Positions 1-9,151 of a stretch of 60,533 nucleotides of DNA are shown here, piece after piece. The notes beneath the pieces are model-generated. The model did no database searches, had not been told where the DNA came from, and saw only the letters and a program-made list of their open reading frames with translations. This DNA comes from Methanobacteriota archaeon (lineage in GTDB: Archaea > Thermoplasmatota > Thermoplasmata > RBG-16-68-12): assembly GCA_005878635.1 (NCBI GenBank), contig VBLS01000111.1, forward strand, positions 1 through 60,533, given 5' to 3'. Numbering within the stretch: the stretch's first letter is position 1; each line of letters opens with the position of its first letter. The translations under genes were made by a program, and so were the position numbers.

Positions 1-76
1 CCTGTCGACGGATCACCTGCAGGAAGGCCCTCGACGCGAACGCATCGGCGGGTACGCGTGAGGCCCCGGTTCGCCG

Positions 77-322
77 CTAGGTCTCGACGGCGATCGAATA
101 CTCGTGGATGACGGGATTCGCGAGGAGCCGGCGACACATCTCCTCGGCTTCCTTCCGGGCGACCTTCGCATCCTTGGTCGCCAGGTCGATTAGGAAGAGC
201 TTCACGCTGTGGACCCCTCCGATCCCCTTGAACCCGAGGAGGGTCAAGGCCTTCTGGACGTTGTCGCCCTCCGGATCCGTGACGCCTTTCCGCAAGTGGA
301 CCTCGACGCGGACGCGGACCAT
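77..322 (-). CDS. purS: Phosphoribosylformylglycinamidine synthase subunit PurS
   Basis: VEVHLRKGVTDPEG and RRLLANPVIHEY motifs; ATG at 322 preferred over 343. Confidence 0.95.
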   Translation of the reverse strand: MVRVRVEVHLRKGVTDPEGDNVQKALTLLGFKGIGGVHSVKLFLIDLATKDAKVARKEAEEMCRRLLANPVIHEYSIAVET

Positions 323-356
323 GGGGCTGACCGCGGCGGGCATCCGCTCCGGCCAC

Positions 357-986
357 TTAGGCCTTTCCAGGTTCCAGCCGGATATGCGGCCGGACGAGGC
401 CCAACCGCGGGGTCGGTCGGACCGTCGCGCGGCCGGACTCGATCGCCGACTCGAAGAGTCCTTTCGTCACAAGGGAACGCACCGCGGTCAGGATCGTCCG
501 CCTCGCGAATCCTCCCGACATCATCAAGGGAATCAAATTGGTCAGGGGGGTGCTTCGTCGGAGCCGCTGGGCGATGAACACCTCCGCGGGCGAGAAGTCG
601 GCCGTGATCCGCACGCCGCGGAGAATTGGTAGCCGAATTGGATCCGGGTCGCAATACCAGGCCTCGACGCCTTCGTGAAAGGCGGCCAGGATCGCCGCCG
701 TCGTGAGGATCTTGGTCCCGCCGGTCGCACTGATTCGGACGGGCCCCTTCTCCCGCTCCCGCTCGACGACATTCTCGATCGCTCGAAGGCAATTTCCGAA
801 GTCGAACGGATTGACGCGGACGCTCTGGAGGCTCGGCTCGAACGAGCGCAGACGGCGGAACGCGGGCGATCGAAAGGAATCCCGGCCGCCGACGAGGAGG
901 AGTCGATCGTACGGAAGCTGGCGGAGGCTGGGGAGGACGTGCTTGTCGTCGAACCCGATCGTGGCGATGAGCGCCCCGGCGTCCAT
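357..986 (-). CDS. Csa3-like CARF domain plus winged-helix protein
   Basis: N-terminal LIATIGFD and ISATGGTKIL CARF motifs; helical/wing C-terminal domain. Confidence 0.75.
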   Translation of the reverse strand: MDAGALIATIGFDDKHVLPSLRQLPYDRLLLVGGRDSFRSPAFRRLRSFEPSLQSVRVNPFDFGNCLRAIENVVEREREKGPVRISATGGTKILTTAAILAAFHEGVEAWYCDPDPIRLPILRGVRITADFSPAEVFIAQRLRRSTPLTNLIPLMMSGGFARRTILTAVRSLVTKGLFESAIESGRATVRPTPRLGLVRPHIRLEPGKA

Positions 987-990
987 GGAA

Positions 991-1626
991 TCACCCGAGG
1001 AGCAGCTCGATGCCGGGCGCGGGGACGATCACGAGCCGGCGGCCGTCGGCCGGATCGGCCTGGCGCTCGATCGTGCCCATCGACTCGAGTTTGCGCAGAT
1101 GATGGTTCATCGTGGCCTTGTGGACCCCCAGGGCGCGGGCCAGGGCCGTTTCCGAGAACGACTTCTCGCGGTTCTTGACGAGAAACGCGAGCACTTCCCG
1201 CTGCTTTCGGGTCAGTCCTTCGCCGTACGTCATCCGGAGGAGCGGGAGCGCGAGCTCGCGATACGTCTCGTCGTGGACGTACGTCGCGGGGATCCCCTCC
1301 AGGATGCAGACCAGGAGCGCCGCACTGCTCATGAGCCGGGTGCCTCCCGCGATGTTGAATCGGAGGTCCATCCCCGCGGACTTCTCCTTGCGGACATCCG
1401 CTCGAATCTGCCCTGCGACCTGCAGGAGATCATAGGCGTCGCTGACCTCGACCGCGGTACACGGGACCCCCAACCCTCGGCAAAATTCCACGACCTTGGC
1501 CCGAGCGTCCCGGCTCTTCGCATGATCGCTGTGGTAGAACGCGACGCGGTCGAGATGGCTCGTCGACCGGATCGAAGGGAGCAGGCTCTGTGGCCGCCAG
1601 CCAAGGGTGCCGAAAAGCACGGTCAT
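991..1626 (-). CDS. Csa3-like CARF domain plus MarR/ArsR-type wHTH regulator
   Basis: VLFGTLGW and FNIAGGTRLM CARF motifs; LTRKQREVL...SETALARALGVHKATMNHHLRKLESMG...DPADGRR wHTH. Confidence 0.85.
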   Translation of the reverse strand: MTVLFGTLGWRPQSLLPSIRSTSHLDRVAFYHSDHAKSRDARAKVVEFCRGLGVPCTAVEVSDAYDLLQVAGQIRADVRKEKSAGMDLRFNIAGGTRLMSSAALLVCILEGIPATYVHDETYRELALPLLRMTYGEGLTRKQREVLAFLVKNREKSFSETALARALGVHKATMNHHLRKLESMGTIERQADPADGRRLVIVPAPGIELLLG

Positions 1627-1739
1627 GCTCCCTGTTCACCAAGTTCTAACAATAAGAAGTTTCTTCCTTCGAATCCGGCCACAATCCGGTGTCGTCCAGA
1701 ACGCAGGCACGGTCGAAACCATTTTATCGTCCTCCTTAG

Positions 1740-2291
1740 ATGATTCCCGAGATGGCGACGAACCACGCTGGGGAGCAGACCCTCCTCGTGACGCGACCGA
1801 CGCGGCTGATCGCCCTGCGATATTGGAGCGCGTTGGTGCTGGCCCTCCTCCTCGCGGCGGTCCTCGGCCTCCGCATCCCGAGCCGGTTCTCGCCGACCTT
1901 CCCGAATCCCGCGGTCGCGGGCATCGAGCTGAGCACGATCCTCGCGGGTTTCTTCGTCTTCCTCGCGCTCCTCGCGTTCCTCGCGGCCGAGTTGAAGCGG
2001 AAGACGACGCGGTACATCATCACGGACAACAAGATCATTCGCGAGGATGGAATCCTGAACAAGAACACGCAGATGATCCCGTACACCCAGCTCGAGCGAG
2101 TGGACCTCCATCAGACCTTCGGCCAGCGGATCTTCAAGATCGGGACGATCGTCGTGGACACGGGGGACGACACCCTGAAGATCGACATGGTCCGGCACCC
2201 CGCGAAGGTCCAGGAGCTCCTGAGTAACCGGCTCGGGCGCCGCGCTTGGACCGGCCAAACGCCGCCAGGTCAGCCGCCGGTGAATCGCTGA
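1740..2291 (+). CDS. Membrane protein with bacterial PH domain (bPH_2-like)
   Basis: Two TM helices, then TRYIITDNKII...GIL...IPY...QTFGQRIFKIGTI. Confidence 0.8.
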   Translation: MIPEMATNHAGEQTLLVTRPTRLIALRYWSALVLALLLAAVLGLRIPSRFSPTFPNPAVAGIELSTILAGFFVFLALLAFLAAELKRKTTRYIITDNKIIREDGILNKNTQMIPYTQLERVDLHQTFGQRIFKIGTIVVDTGDDTLKIDMVRHPAKVQELLSNRLGRRAWTGQTPPGQPPVNR

Positions 2292-2313
2292 CGGTTCGTT
2301 CGAGAACTCTCGT

Positions 2314-2940
2314 TCACTCGGTCCACGGGAGCATCAAGGGCGCCTCGTGCGTCGCGGCGACCTCCCACGCGCCCGGCTCCCCGTCCGGCTCTCCTTCGAC
2401 CCAGTAGCCGCCGATCGTCATGTCGTAGCCGTGGTTCGCGTCGAGGGCCACCGTGCAACCGATCTTCCGCCGGTACCGCCGGGTGGAGCAGCCCGTCTCA
2501 TGGGGCTGCGACCAGGTCCGCCGCTTGAGGGCCATGACGACCTCGAGCCATCGGACCCGCCGTTCGGGACGGTCCCGGGAGATCCGCCGCAATTCGTCGG
2601 CGACGTAGTCGAGGTCCGTCCGGGAAAGGCTCGCGGCGCCGTCGTCCCCGGTGTGGCTGTGGAAGCCGCCCAGGACCGCGTATCCGACGTCCGCATGCTC
2701 GATCGCCCCGCGGGCCCGTTCGAAGGCCTTCTCGTTGCCGTGGGAGACCCAGTTCGGCTTGCGATCCTCGGTCTGCAGCGGATACGCGGCCCGGAGGACG
2801 GTCACCCCGCGGGGCCGCTGGCGGACGAGGCGGGTGCCGCGATTCCCGACGAGGAACCCGTTCGTCTCGCGGTTGTAGGCCTCCACAGCGGACGTGACCA
2901 AGCCGAGGAACGCGCTGCGCTCGATCACGATAGGGTCCAA
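2314..2940 (-). CDS. JAB/MPN (JAMM) domain metalloprotease-like protein
   Basis: ETNGFLVG glutamate motif and GGFHSHT-x8-SRTD JAMM-like motif. Confidence 0.7.
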   Translation of the reverse strand: MDPIVIERSAFLGLVTSAVEAYNRETNGFLVGNRGTRLVRQRPRGVTVLRAAYPLQTEDRKPNWVSHGNEKAFERARGAIEHADVGYAVLGGFHSHTGDDGAASLSRTDLDYVADELRRISRDRPERRVRWLEVVMALKRRTWSQPHETGCSTRRYRRKIGCTVALDANHGYDMTIGGYWVEGEPDGEPGAWEVAATHEAPLMLPWTE

Positions 2941-3112
2941 GGGTCCGCCTCTGGCAGGCGCCCGGCTGCAGTCCCCTCGGCGTATAAGAAAGTGCCGTCA
3001 CGAGTCGCGAAGAACGGTTGGAATAATCATCCGACGGTTTGATTCCAACGTCCTGCCCGGAGTTGGCCAGAAAGGAAAAATAAGCCTCGCGGGATATGCG
3101 AGGGAGGCCGGC

Positions 3113-3355
3113 GTGAAGTTCTTCGCCACGGAGCTACGCGGCAAGACGGTCATGACAGAGGACGGCCAGATCCTCGGGATCCTCGACGATTTCCTGTTCG
3201 ACCTGAAGACCGGCCGGATCCAGTCCCTCCTCGTCGCCCCGGCCGAGTCCGTCGAGACCCGCCTGTTCCAGACGGACCCCAAAGGCCGGCTCGTCCTGAG
3301 CTTCCGGTCGATGAAGGCGGTGAAAGATGTGATCATGACGCAGCTCGCCGATTGA
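3113..3355 (+). CDS. PRC-barrel domain protein (CdpB-like, possibly cell division)
   Basis: ELRGKTVMTEDGQILGILDDFLFDLKTGRI...VKAVKDVI-like pattern; GGAGG upstream of GTG 3113. Confidence 0.85.
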   Translation: MKFFATELRGKTVMTEDGQILGILDDFLFDLKTGRIQSLLVAPAESVETRLFQTDPKGRLVLSFRSMKAVKDVIMTQLAD

Positions 3356-3374
3356 GCCGCGGACCCGTGTGGCC

Positions 3375-4721
3375 ATGACGAACCTGACCTTCTACGGCGG
3401 CGTCGGAGAGATCGGCGGGAACAAGGTCCTCGTCGAAGACCGCGACGCGCGGATCTGGCTCGACATGGGCGCCACCTTCGACTTCGGCTCGGAGTACTTC
3501 GTCGAATACCTCACGCCGCGAGAACGGTTCGGCCTCCGGGACTACTTCGCCCTCGGACTCCTGCCGCGGCTGCCCGGCCTCTACGCCGCGGATTGGCTCG
3601 AGTCGGCGGGATTGCCGCACGAGGCCCCGCGGTTTTCGGCAGCGTTCATCTCCCACATCCACTTCGACCACACGAACCACCTGCGGTTCCTCGACGCCGC
3701 GATCCCGGTCCACCTCGGGAGGACGAAGATCATCCTGGACTCTTGGGAGATCACGACCCGCGGGATGGACCTCCTGGCCCACGACTACCGCACGTTCCGC
3801 ACCGGTGCGAGCATCGACGTGGACGGCGTGGAGGTCGAACCGATCCATGTCGATCATTCGGCGCCGGCCGCCTACGGATTCCTGGTGCACACGGCCGCCG
3901 GGACGGTCGCTTACACCGGGGACCTGCGTCAACATGGACCGCACGCGGAGATGACCCGTGACTTCATCGAGGCGGCGAGGACGAACGAGCCGATCGCCCT
4001 GATCACAGAAGGGACGCGGGTGACTCCCGAAGACCCGCGGTCGAATCTCACGGAGGCGCAGGTGAAGTCGAAGAGCATCGAGGCCGCGGGGCGGGCGAAA
4101 GGCAAGTCGGTCTTCGCGACCTTCTACCCGCGGGATGTGGACCGCATGCGGACCTTCGTCGAAGTGGCGAAGGCCGTCGGCCGGAAGTTCGTCGTGCAGG
4201 CGCGGGCCGCCCACCTCCTCGTCTCCCTGTCCCAGGACGCACGGATCCAGGTCCCGGACGTCCTGCGCGACCAGGACCTGCTCGTGTACGACCGTCGGTT
4301 CGAACGCCAGGACACCTGGGAGAAGAATCTGTTCGCCCAACTCGGAGATCGAGTCGTGACGTCCGATTACGTCCGCGACCATCAGGACGAACTCGTCGTC
4401 CAGCTGGATTTCACGACGATGCCGGAGCTGGTCGACATCCGCCCGGTGCCCGGAAGCACCTTCATCCACTCGAAGAGCGAGCCGATCGAGGAGGACAATG
4501 AGGTCGAGGAGGCCGTCGCGAACTGGGTCCGGTTCTTCAAGCTCCGGAGGTTCCAGTACCACGCGAGCGGGCACATGTCGGAGCGGGAGATCGCGGACAT
4601 GATCCGCGCGATCGGCGCGAAGGCGGTCATCCCGATCCATACCGAGTACCCGGAGAGGTTCACGGGCTTCGCCCCGCGGGTCGTCCAACCGACCGTCGCG
4701 CGGCCGATGACCCTCGACTGA
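3375..4721 (+). CDS. MBL/beta-CASP metallo-hydrolase, RNase J-like
   Basis: GGVGEIGGN, SHIHFDH, VDHS, YTGD and HASGH motifs. Confidence 0.85.
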   Translation: MTNLTFYGGVGEIGGNKVLVEDRDARIWLDMGATFDFGSEYFVEYLTPRERFGLRDYFALGLLPRLPGLYAADWLESAGLPHEAPRFSAAFISHIHFDHTNHLRFLDAAIPVHLGRTKIILDSWEITTRGMDLLAHDYRTFRTGASIDVDGVEVEPIHVDHSAPAAYGFLVHTAAGTVAYTGDLRQHGPHAEMTRDFIEAARTNEPIALITEGTRVTPEDPRSNLTEAQVKSKSIEAAGRAKGKSVFATFYPRDVDRMRTFVEVAKAVGRKFVVQARAAHLLVSLSQDARIQVPDVLRDQDLLVYDRRFERQDTWEKNLFAQLGDRVVTSDYVRDHQDELVVQLDFTTMPELVDIRPVPGSTFIHSKSEPIEEDNEVEEAVANWVRFFKLRRFQYHASGHMSEREIADMIRAIGAKAVIPIHTEYPERFTGFAPRVVQPTVARPMTLD

Positions 4722-4735
4722 TCCGGAGGCGCGGC

Positions 4736-5389
4736 CTAGCGGAAGTAGGACACGATGGCCCCTTGGATTCCGAGGATCACGAACTGCACCGCGATGGCGG
4801 CCAGAATGAGGCCGATGATCCGCGAGATCGCGTAGGCCCCCATGCGGCCGATTCGACCGAACACCCGGTCCGCTTGGTACAGGAGGACCCAGGTGATGCC
4901 CATCGTGGCGAGGATGGAGCCGATGATCACCGCGATCTGGCCCATGTCGAAGCTCGGATAGGAGGCCTCGGCCATGAGCACCATGACGGTCGTGATGGCC
5001 CCCGGGCCCGCCATCATCGGGATCCCGAGCGGTACGATGCCGGCCGCCTCCCGTTCGAGCGCTTCCGCGCGATCCTGCGCGGTCAACTGGGTCCGGGAGC
5101 GTTCTCCTTGCATCATCGAGAAGGCGATCGTGAAGAGCAAGATCCCTCCGGCGATGCGGAACGCCGGGATCGAGGTGCCGAAGACGAAGAAGATGTAGTT
5201 GCCGACGAAGGCGAAGACGAGCAGCGTGATGGTCGCGGCGAGGATCGCCTTCTGGATCACCCGGCCTTTCATCTCCTTCGGGTACGAGCGCGTCAGGACC
5301 ACGAAGAAGGTCATCGCGCCGATGGGATTCACGATCGCGAAGAGTGCGACGAAGGTCGTGATCGCAAAACTGACGAGGTCCGCCGCCAT
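4736..5389 (-). CDS. MarC family membrane protein
   Basis: LFAIVNPIG, AFRIAGGILLF, VPLGIPMMAGPGAITTV motifs. Confidence 0.92.
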   Translation of the reverse strand: MAADLVSFAITTFVALFAIVNPIGAMTFFVVLTRSYPKEMKGRVIQKAILAATITLLVFAFVGNYIFFVFGTSIPAFRIAGGILLFTIAFSMMQGERSRTQLTAQDRAEALEREAAGIVPLGIPMMAGPGAITTVMVLMAEASYPSFDMGQIAVIIGSILATMGITWVLLYQADRVFGRIGRMGAYAISRIIGLILAAIAVQFVILGIQGAIVSYFR

Positions 5390-5417
5390 GCCGGCGCGGC
5401 CCAGACAGCGGCCCGTA

Positions 5418-6182
5418 TTAGAAGGTGTCGAGCACTTTTCGCGCGAACGTCAGATACCCGGTGTGTCCCAGGGGTGCGAAAGAGGGGTGCGTCCCCGCCT
5501 CGTGCGCGACGATCTCCCGTTCGATGATTTCGACGCTTCGGATTTCGACGAAGGTACTCTTCCGAAGGGTCGCGACCGTCCGGTTCACCTGCTCCATGTT
5601 GGGCGAGTAGGACGCGAAGTGCCCGCACGGACGGAGGACGGTCGCGGCACCATCGACCGCCTCCCACGGATCGGGGATATCGAGGATCATCGCGTCCGCG
5701 CCACGCTCGACAACCCCCTTCCGGCCGTCGCCGATCTTGAACTCAACGACGCCTTCCAGATCGGCTGCCGTCACGTTATCGCGAGCCCGGTCGAGGAACT
5801 CGGGACGGACGTCGTAGGTCACGACCCGGCCCTTCGACCCGACGGCATGGGCCAGGGCGAGTGTCAAGGCCCCCGAGCCGGCGCCGATCTCGACGACGAA
5901 GTCTCCCGGCTTGACGTCGCAATTCCATAGGAGGGCGGGCGCGTCCTTCGTCCCGATAATCTGGGCTTCTCGGCGCACGGACTCGATCTCGTCCCGAATC
6001 GACGGGACCATCACCAAGAAGGTCCGATCGCCAATCGTCCACCGGCGGCCCAACAACCCTTGCAACGTGTCCGCGCGGACCACGCCAACCGAAGGGATCT
6101 TCACGGTCTCTCGATCGAGATTCACGAGGTGTTTGGCGCCGGAGGCTTCCAGCAACACGACGCGTTCGAAGGGCGCGTTCAT
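5418..6182 (-). CDS. trmI: tRNA (adenine-N1)-methyltransferase TrmI
   Basis: AQIIGTKD, VVEIGAGSGALT, LDIPDPW, GHTGYLTFARK. Confidence 0.92.
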   Translation of the reverse strand: MNAPFERVVLLEASGAKHLVNLDRETVKIPSVGVVRADTLQGLLGRRWTIGDRTFLVMVPSIRDEIESVRREAQIIGTKDAPALLWNCDVKPGDFVVEIGAGSGALTLALAHAVGSKGRVVTYDVRPEFLDRARDNVTAADLEGVVEFKIGDGRKGVVERGADAMILDIPDPWEAVDGAATVLRPCGHFASYSPNMEQVNRTVATLRKSTFVEIRSVEIIEREIVAHEAGTHPSFAPLGHTGYLTFARKVLDTF

Positions 6183-6271
6183 GACTACCTTGCCCGGGAG
6201 GACCGCGGCCTTTCTCGAATCCGCAGAAAGGTTAAATGGATTCCGTACCTTCCGCGCCCGTCAGCCTGGTT

Positions 6272-7411
6272 ATGTCATCGAATTCTGAGGAGACTCCTCC
6301 GGCTGAAACCTCGCGTCTTCGCCGATTGCGCGAGGTCCTTCGGTTCACACCTCGATCTCGCCGGCAACTCCTGCGGGCCCTGATCGTCACCACGATTTTC
6401 GTCATCTTTCTCGCGGCCCTTGCAACCCTGTTTGGAATCACGATCTTGCAGTACACGCTCGCGGGCTTCCGTCTCAGCAGCATCGTCATCGTCGCCGCGA
6501 TTGGCCTGACCGTCATCTACGGAATCCGTGGGTTCGCGAACTTCGCGTACGGTGACCTGATGACCCTCGGCGCCTACGTGGCCCTGTTCGTCAATATGAA
6601 CATGGCCCTCTCGCTCGTCTGGGGAGCGATCGTCTCGTTCGTGGTCCTTGCCCTCGTCGGAATTCTCCTCGAGGTGTTGATCTTCGCCAGGCTGGAGGGA
6701 CGAGGCCCCGTGCCGCCGATCGTCGCCTCCGTCGGTGTCGGATTGATCGTCCAGAATGGAATCCGGGCGGTCGCGACGACGCAGCAATGGATCTTTCGGG
6801 TCCCTTTCATCCCGGAAATTCCCATTGTTCCGGGCCTCGGGTTCCATTGGATTCGGGACCTTGGGACCGTGGCCGTCGGTCTCGCCTTCATGATTTCCGT
6901 TCACATCCTGCTGACGTACACGAATCTCGGCAAGGCGATGCGGGCGACGGCGGACAACCTTGAGCTTGCGAAGGCAACCGGCATCGATACGAAATTGGTC
7001 ACCTACGCGGCCTGGGCGGTCAGCTGCTCCTTCGCATCGACGGCCGGAGTCTTGCTCGGCCTCATCGGCGTCGTCAGTCCGGTAATCGGCTTCAATGTCC
7101 TCCTCCTCGTTTTCGCCGCGGTCATCGTCGGCGGGATTGGTTCGCCCTACGGGGCCGTGCTCGGCGGCCTCGTGATCGGACTGTCCCAGGAAATGTCGGT
7201 GCCTCTCTTGCTCGGACTCGGGGCCTCGAGCGCCTACAAGGTGGCAATCCCCTTCATCGTCATGATCGCGGTCCTCATCCTTCGCCCTTGGGGCATCGCC
7301 GGACGACCGCCCCCGTTCGCACGGCGGGTCTTCTTCATCGAGAAAATCTTGGACGCGATCGGTGGGCGTCCCGGCGCGGCCCAGGACGCGGAACGAGAGA
7401 GCGGGGGCTGA
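6272..7411 (+). CDS. livH: Branched-chain amino acid ABC permease (LivH-like)
   Basis: GLTVIYGIRGFANFAYGD, GKAMRATADN, VIVGGIGS; start uncertain (6236 or 6272). Confidence 0.88.
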   Translation: MSSNSEETPPAETSRLRRLREVLRFTPRSRRQLLRALIVTTIFVIFLAALATLFGITILQYTLAGFRLSSIVIVAAIGLTVIYGIRGFANFAYGDLMTLGAYVALFVNMNMALSLVWGAIVSFVVLALVGILLEVLIFARLEGRGPVPPIVASVGVGLIVQNGIRAVATTQQWIFRVPFIPEIPIVPGLGFHWIRDLGTVAVGLAFMISVHILLTYTNLGKAMRATADNLELAKATGIDTKLVTYAAWAVSCSFASTAGVLLGLIGVVSPVIGFNVLLLVFAAVIVGGIGSPYGAVLGGLVIGLSQEMSVPLLLGLGASSAYKVAIPFIVMIAVLILRPWGIAGRPPPFARRVFFIEKILDAIGGRPGAAQDAERESGG

Positions 7412-7415
7412 CCGG

Positions 7416-8378
7416 ACGGCCATCGACACCGGGATCCTGACCAACGTCGGTTTCTATGTCTATGTCTCGATCGTCTTTGCATTGCTCGCCCTTGGATTCA
7501 ACCTTCAGTGGGGGTACACCGGACTCTTCAACGCGGGCATCGCCGGGTTCTTCCTTATTGGAGCGTACACAACGGCAATCGCGATCACGCCCCCGACCCC
7601 GCCTTCCATCGGGTACCCGGGCCATCTTGGGGGGTTCTCGCTGCCGCTGTGGCTCGCGGCGATCCTCTCGATGGCCGCGGCCGGCTCCGTGGCGGCGTTG
7701 GTCGCGCTCCCCACCGTCCGCCTTCGGGCGGACTACCTTGCGATCGCGACACTCGCTTTCGCCGAGGTCCTCCGAGTCGTCGCGATCAACTGGGAGTCCG
7801 TCACCGCGGGGACCATCGGGATCTTTCCGATTCCGCAACCGGTCGAATTCAATCCGCCCAGCGCATTCCTGAACGCGATGGTGAAGGTGGCCATCGGCGC
7901 GGGCGTCCTCTTGATCCTCCTCGTGGTCCTGCTCTTCATGACTGAGTCGCCGTGGGGACGCGTCCTCCGCGCGGTCCGAGAGGACGAAGAGGCGACGATG
8001 GCCCTCGGAAAGAACACGTTCCTCTACAAACTCCAGGCGTTCGCCATCGGTGGAGCCTTGATGGGCCTCGCAGGCTGGCTCTTCACCATTACGATCAACT
8101 ACATCGAGCCGTCCGGGAGCTTCGCTCCTGCGATTACCTTCTCCGTGTGGGTCATGGTCATCGTCGGAGGCGCGGGGAATCTACGGGGCGCCATCGTCGG
8201 CGCCTTCGCCATCTACGGATTGGAGTGGCTTTCCGTCCAGCTGAAGGACTACGCACCTCGGGAACTCAAGGACACGATCTTCTACATCCGGCTGATGATT
8301 GTCGGAACCTTGCTCATCGTCCTCATCATCTATCGCCCGGAAGGGATTCTCCGGGAGAAGAAACGGATCTTGCGATGA
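7416..8378 (+). CDS. livM: Branched-chain amino acid ABC permease (LivM-like)
   Basis: NLQWGYTGLFNAG, RLRADYLAIATL, SPWGRVLRAVREDE; start codon uncertain. Confidence 0.88.
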   Translation, partial: TAIDTGILTNVGFYVYVSIVFALLALGFNLQWGYTGLFNAGIAGFFLIGAYTTAIAITPPTPPSIGYPGHLGGFSLPLWLAAILSMAAAGSVAALVALPTVRLRADYLAIATLAFAEVLRVVAINWESVTAGTIGIFPIPQPVEFNPPSAFLNAMVKVAIGAGVLLILLVVLLFMTESPWGRVLRAVREDEEATMALGKNTFLYKLQAFAIGGALMGLAGWLFTITINYIEPSGSFAPAITFSVWVMVIVGGAGNLRGAIVGAFAIYGLEWLSVQLKDYAPRELKDTIFYIRLMIVGTLLIVLIIYRPEGILREKKRILR

Positions 8379-9151
8379 CCGAACGGAGCGAAGTGCCTCT
8401 AATCCTCAGGGTCCAGGACGTGCGCAAATCCTTCGGCGGGATTCGCGCGGTGGACGACTGTTCTTTGGCGGTTTCGCCGCAGTCCGTCACCGGCCTCATC
8501 GGACCGAACGGAGCCGGGAAATCGACCCTGTTCAATCTCATCGCAGGATTGTACCGCCCCGATGGTGGCGAGATTTGGTTTGGTGACACCCGGATCGACG
8601 GACTCCCTCCCTTCGAGATCGTTCACCTAGGCCTCACGAAGACGTGGCAGATCCCTCACGAACTGCGCAATATGACGGTCCTCGAGAATCTCGTCCTCGG
8701 GTCCAAGCACAACGCGGGAGAGCATCTGACCAACCTGTTCTTCCAGCCGGGCTTGGTTCGGCGAGACGAGAAACGATGGAGGCAGCGGGCCCGTGAAGTC
8801 CTTCGACTGACCCAGCTCGACGCCTTGGCCAACGAACATGCGAAGGCGCTCTCCGGGGGCCAGAAGAAGCTATTGGAACTCGCCCGCGCGTTGATGACCG
8901 ACCCGACCTTGGTCCTCCTCGACGAGCCCGTGGCCGGCGTGAATCCGACCCTCGCGGGCAACCTCATGGACCTCATCGAGAAGCTCCGTCGCGACGGCCG
9001 CACGTTCTTCTTGATTGAACACGACATGAACGTCGTCATGAACCGATGCGATCGGGTGATCGTCATGCACCAAGGGCGCACGATCGCCGACGGGACCCCG
9101 GCGAGCGTGAAGGCGAACCCGGTCGTGATCGAGTCGTACCTGGGGGGATGA
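8375..9151 (+). CDS. livG: ABC ATP-binding protein (LivG-like)
   Basis: GPNGAGKST, LSGGQKK, LLDEP; ATGA overlap with livM. Confidence 0.92.
   Translation: MTERSEVPLILRVQDVRKSFGGIRAVDDCSLAVSPQSVTGLIGPNGAGKSTLFNLIAGLYRPDGGEIWFGDTRIDGLPPFEIVHLGLTKTWQIPHELRNMTVLENLVLGSKHNAGEHLTNLFFQPGLVRRDEKRWRQRAREVLRLTQLDALANEHAKALSGGQKKLLELARALMTDPTLVLLDEPVAGVNPTLAGNLMDLIEKLRRDGRTFFLIEHDMNVVMNRCDRVIVMHQGRTIADGTPASVKANPVVIESYLGG

Noticed and set aside
1..3000. CRISPR array or cas operon near the CARF genes
   Set aside because: No repeat-spacer periodicity or cas gene seen anywhere in the window.
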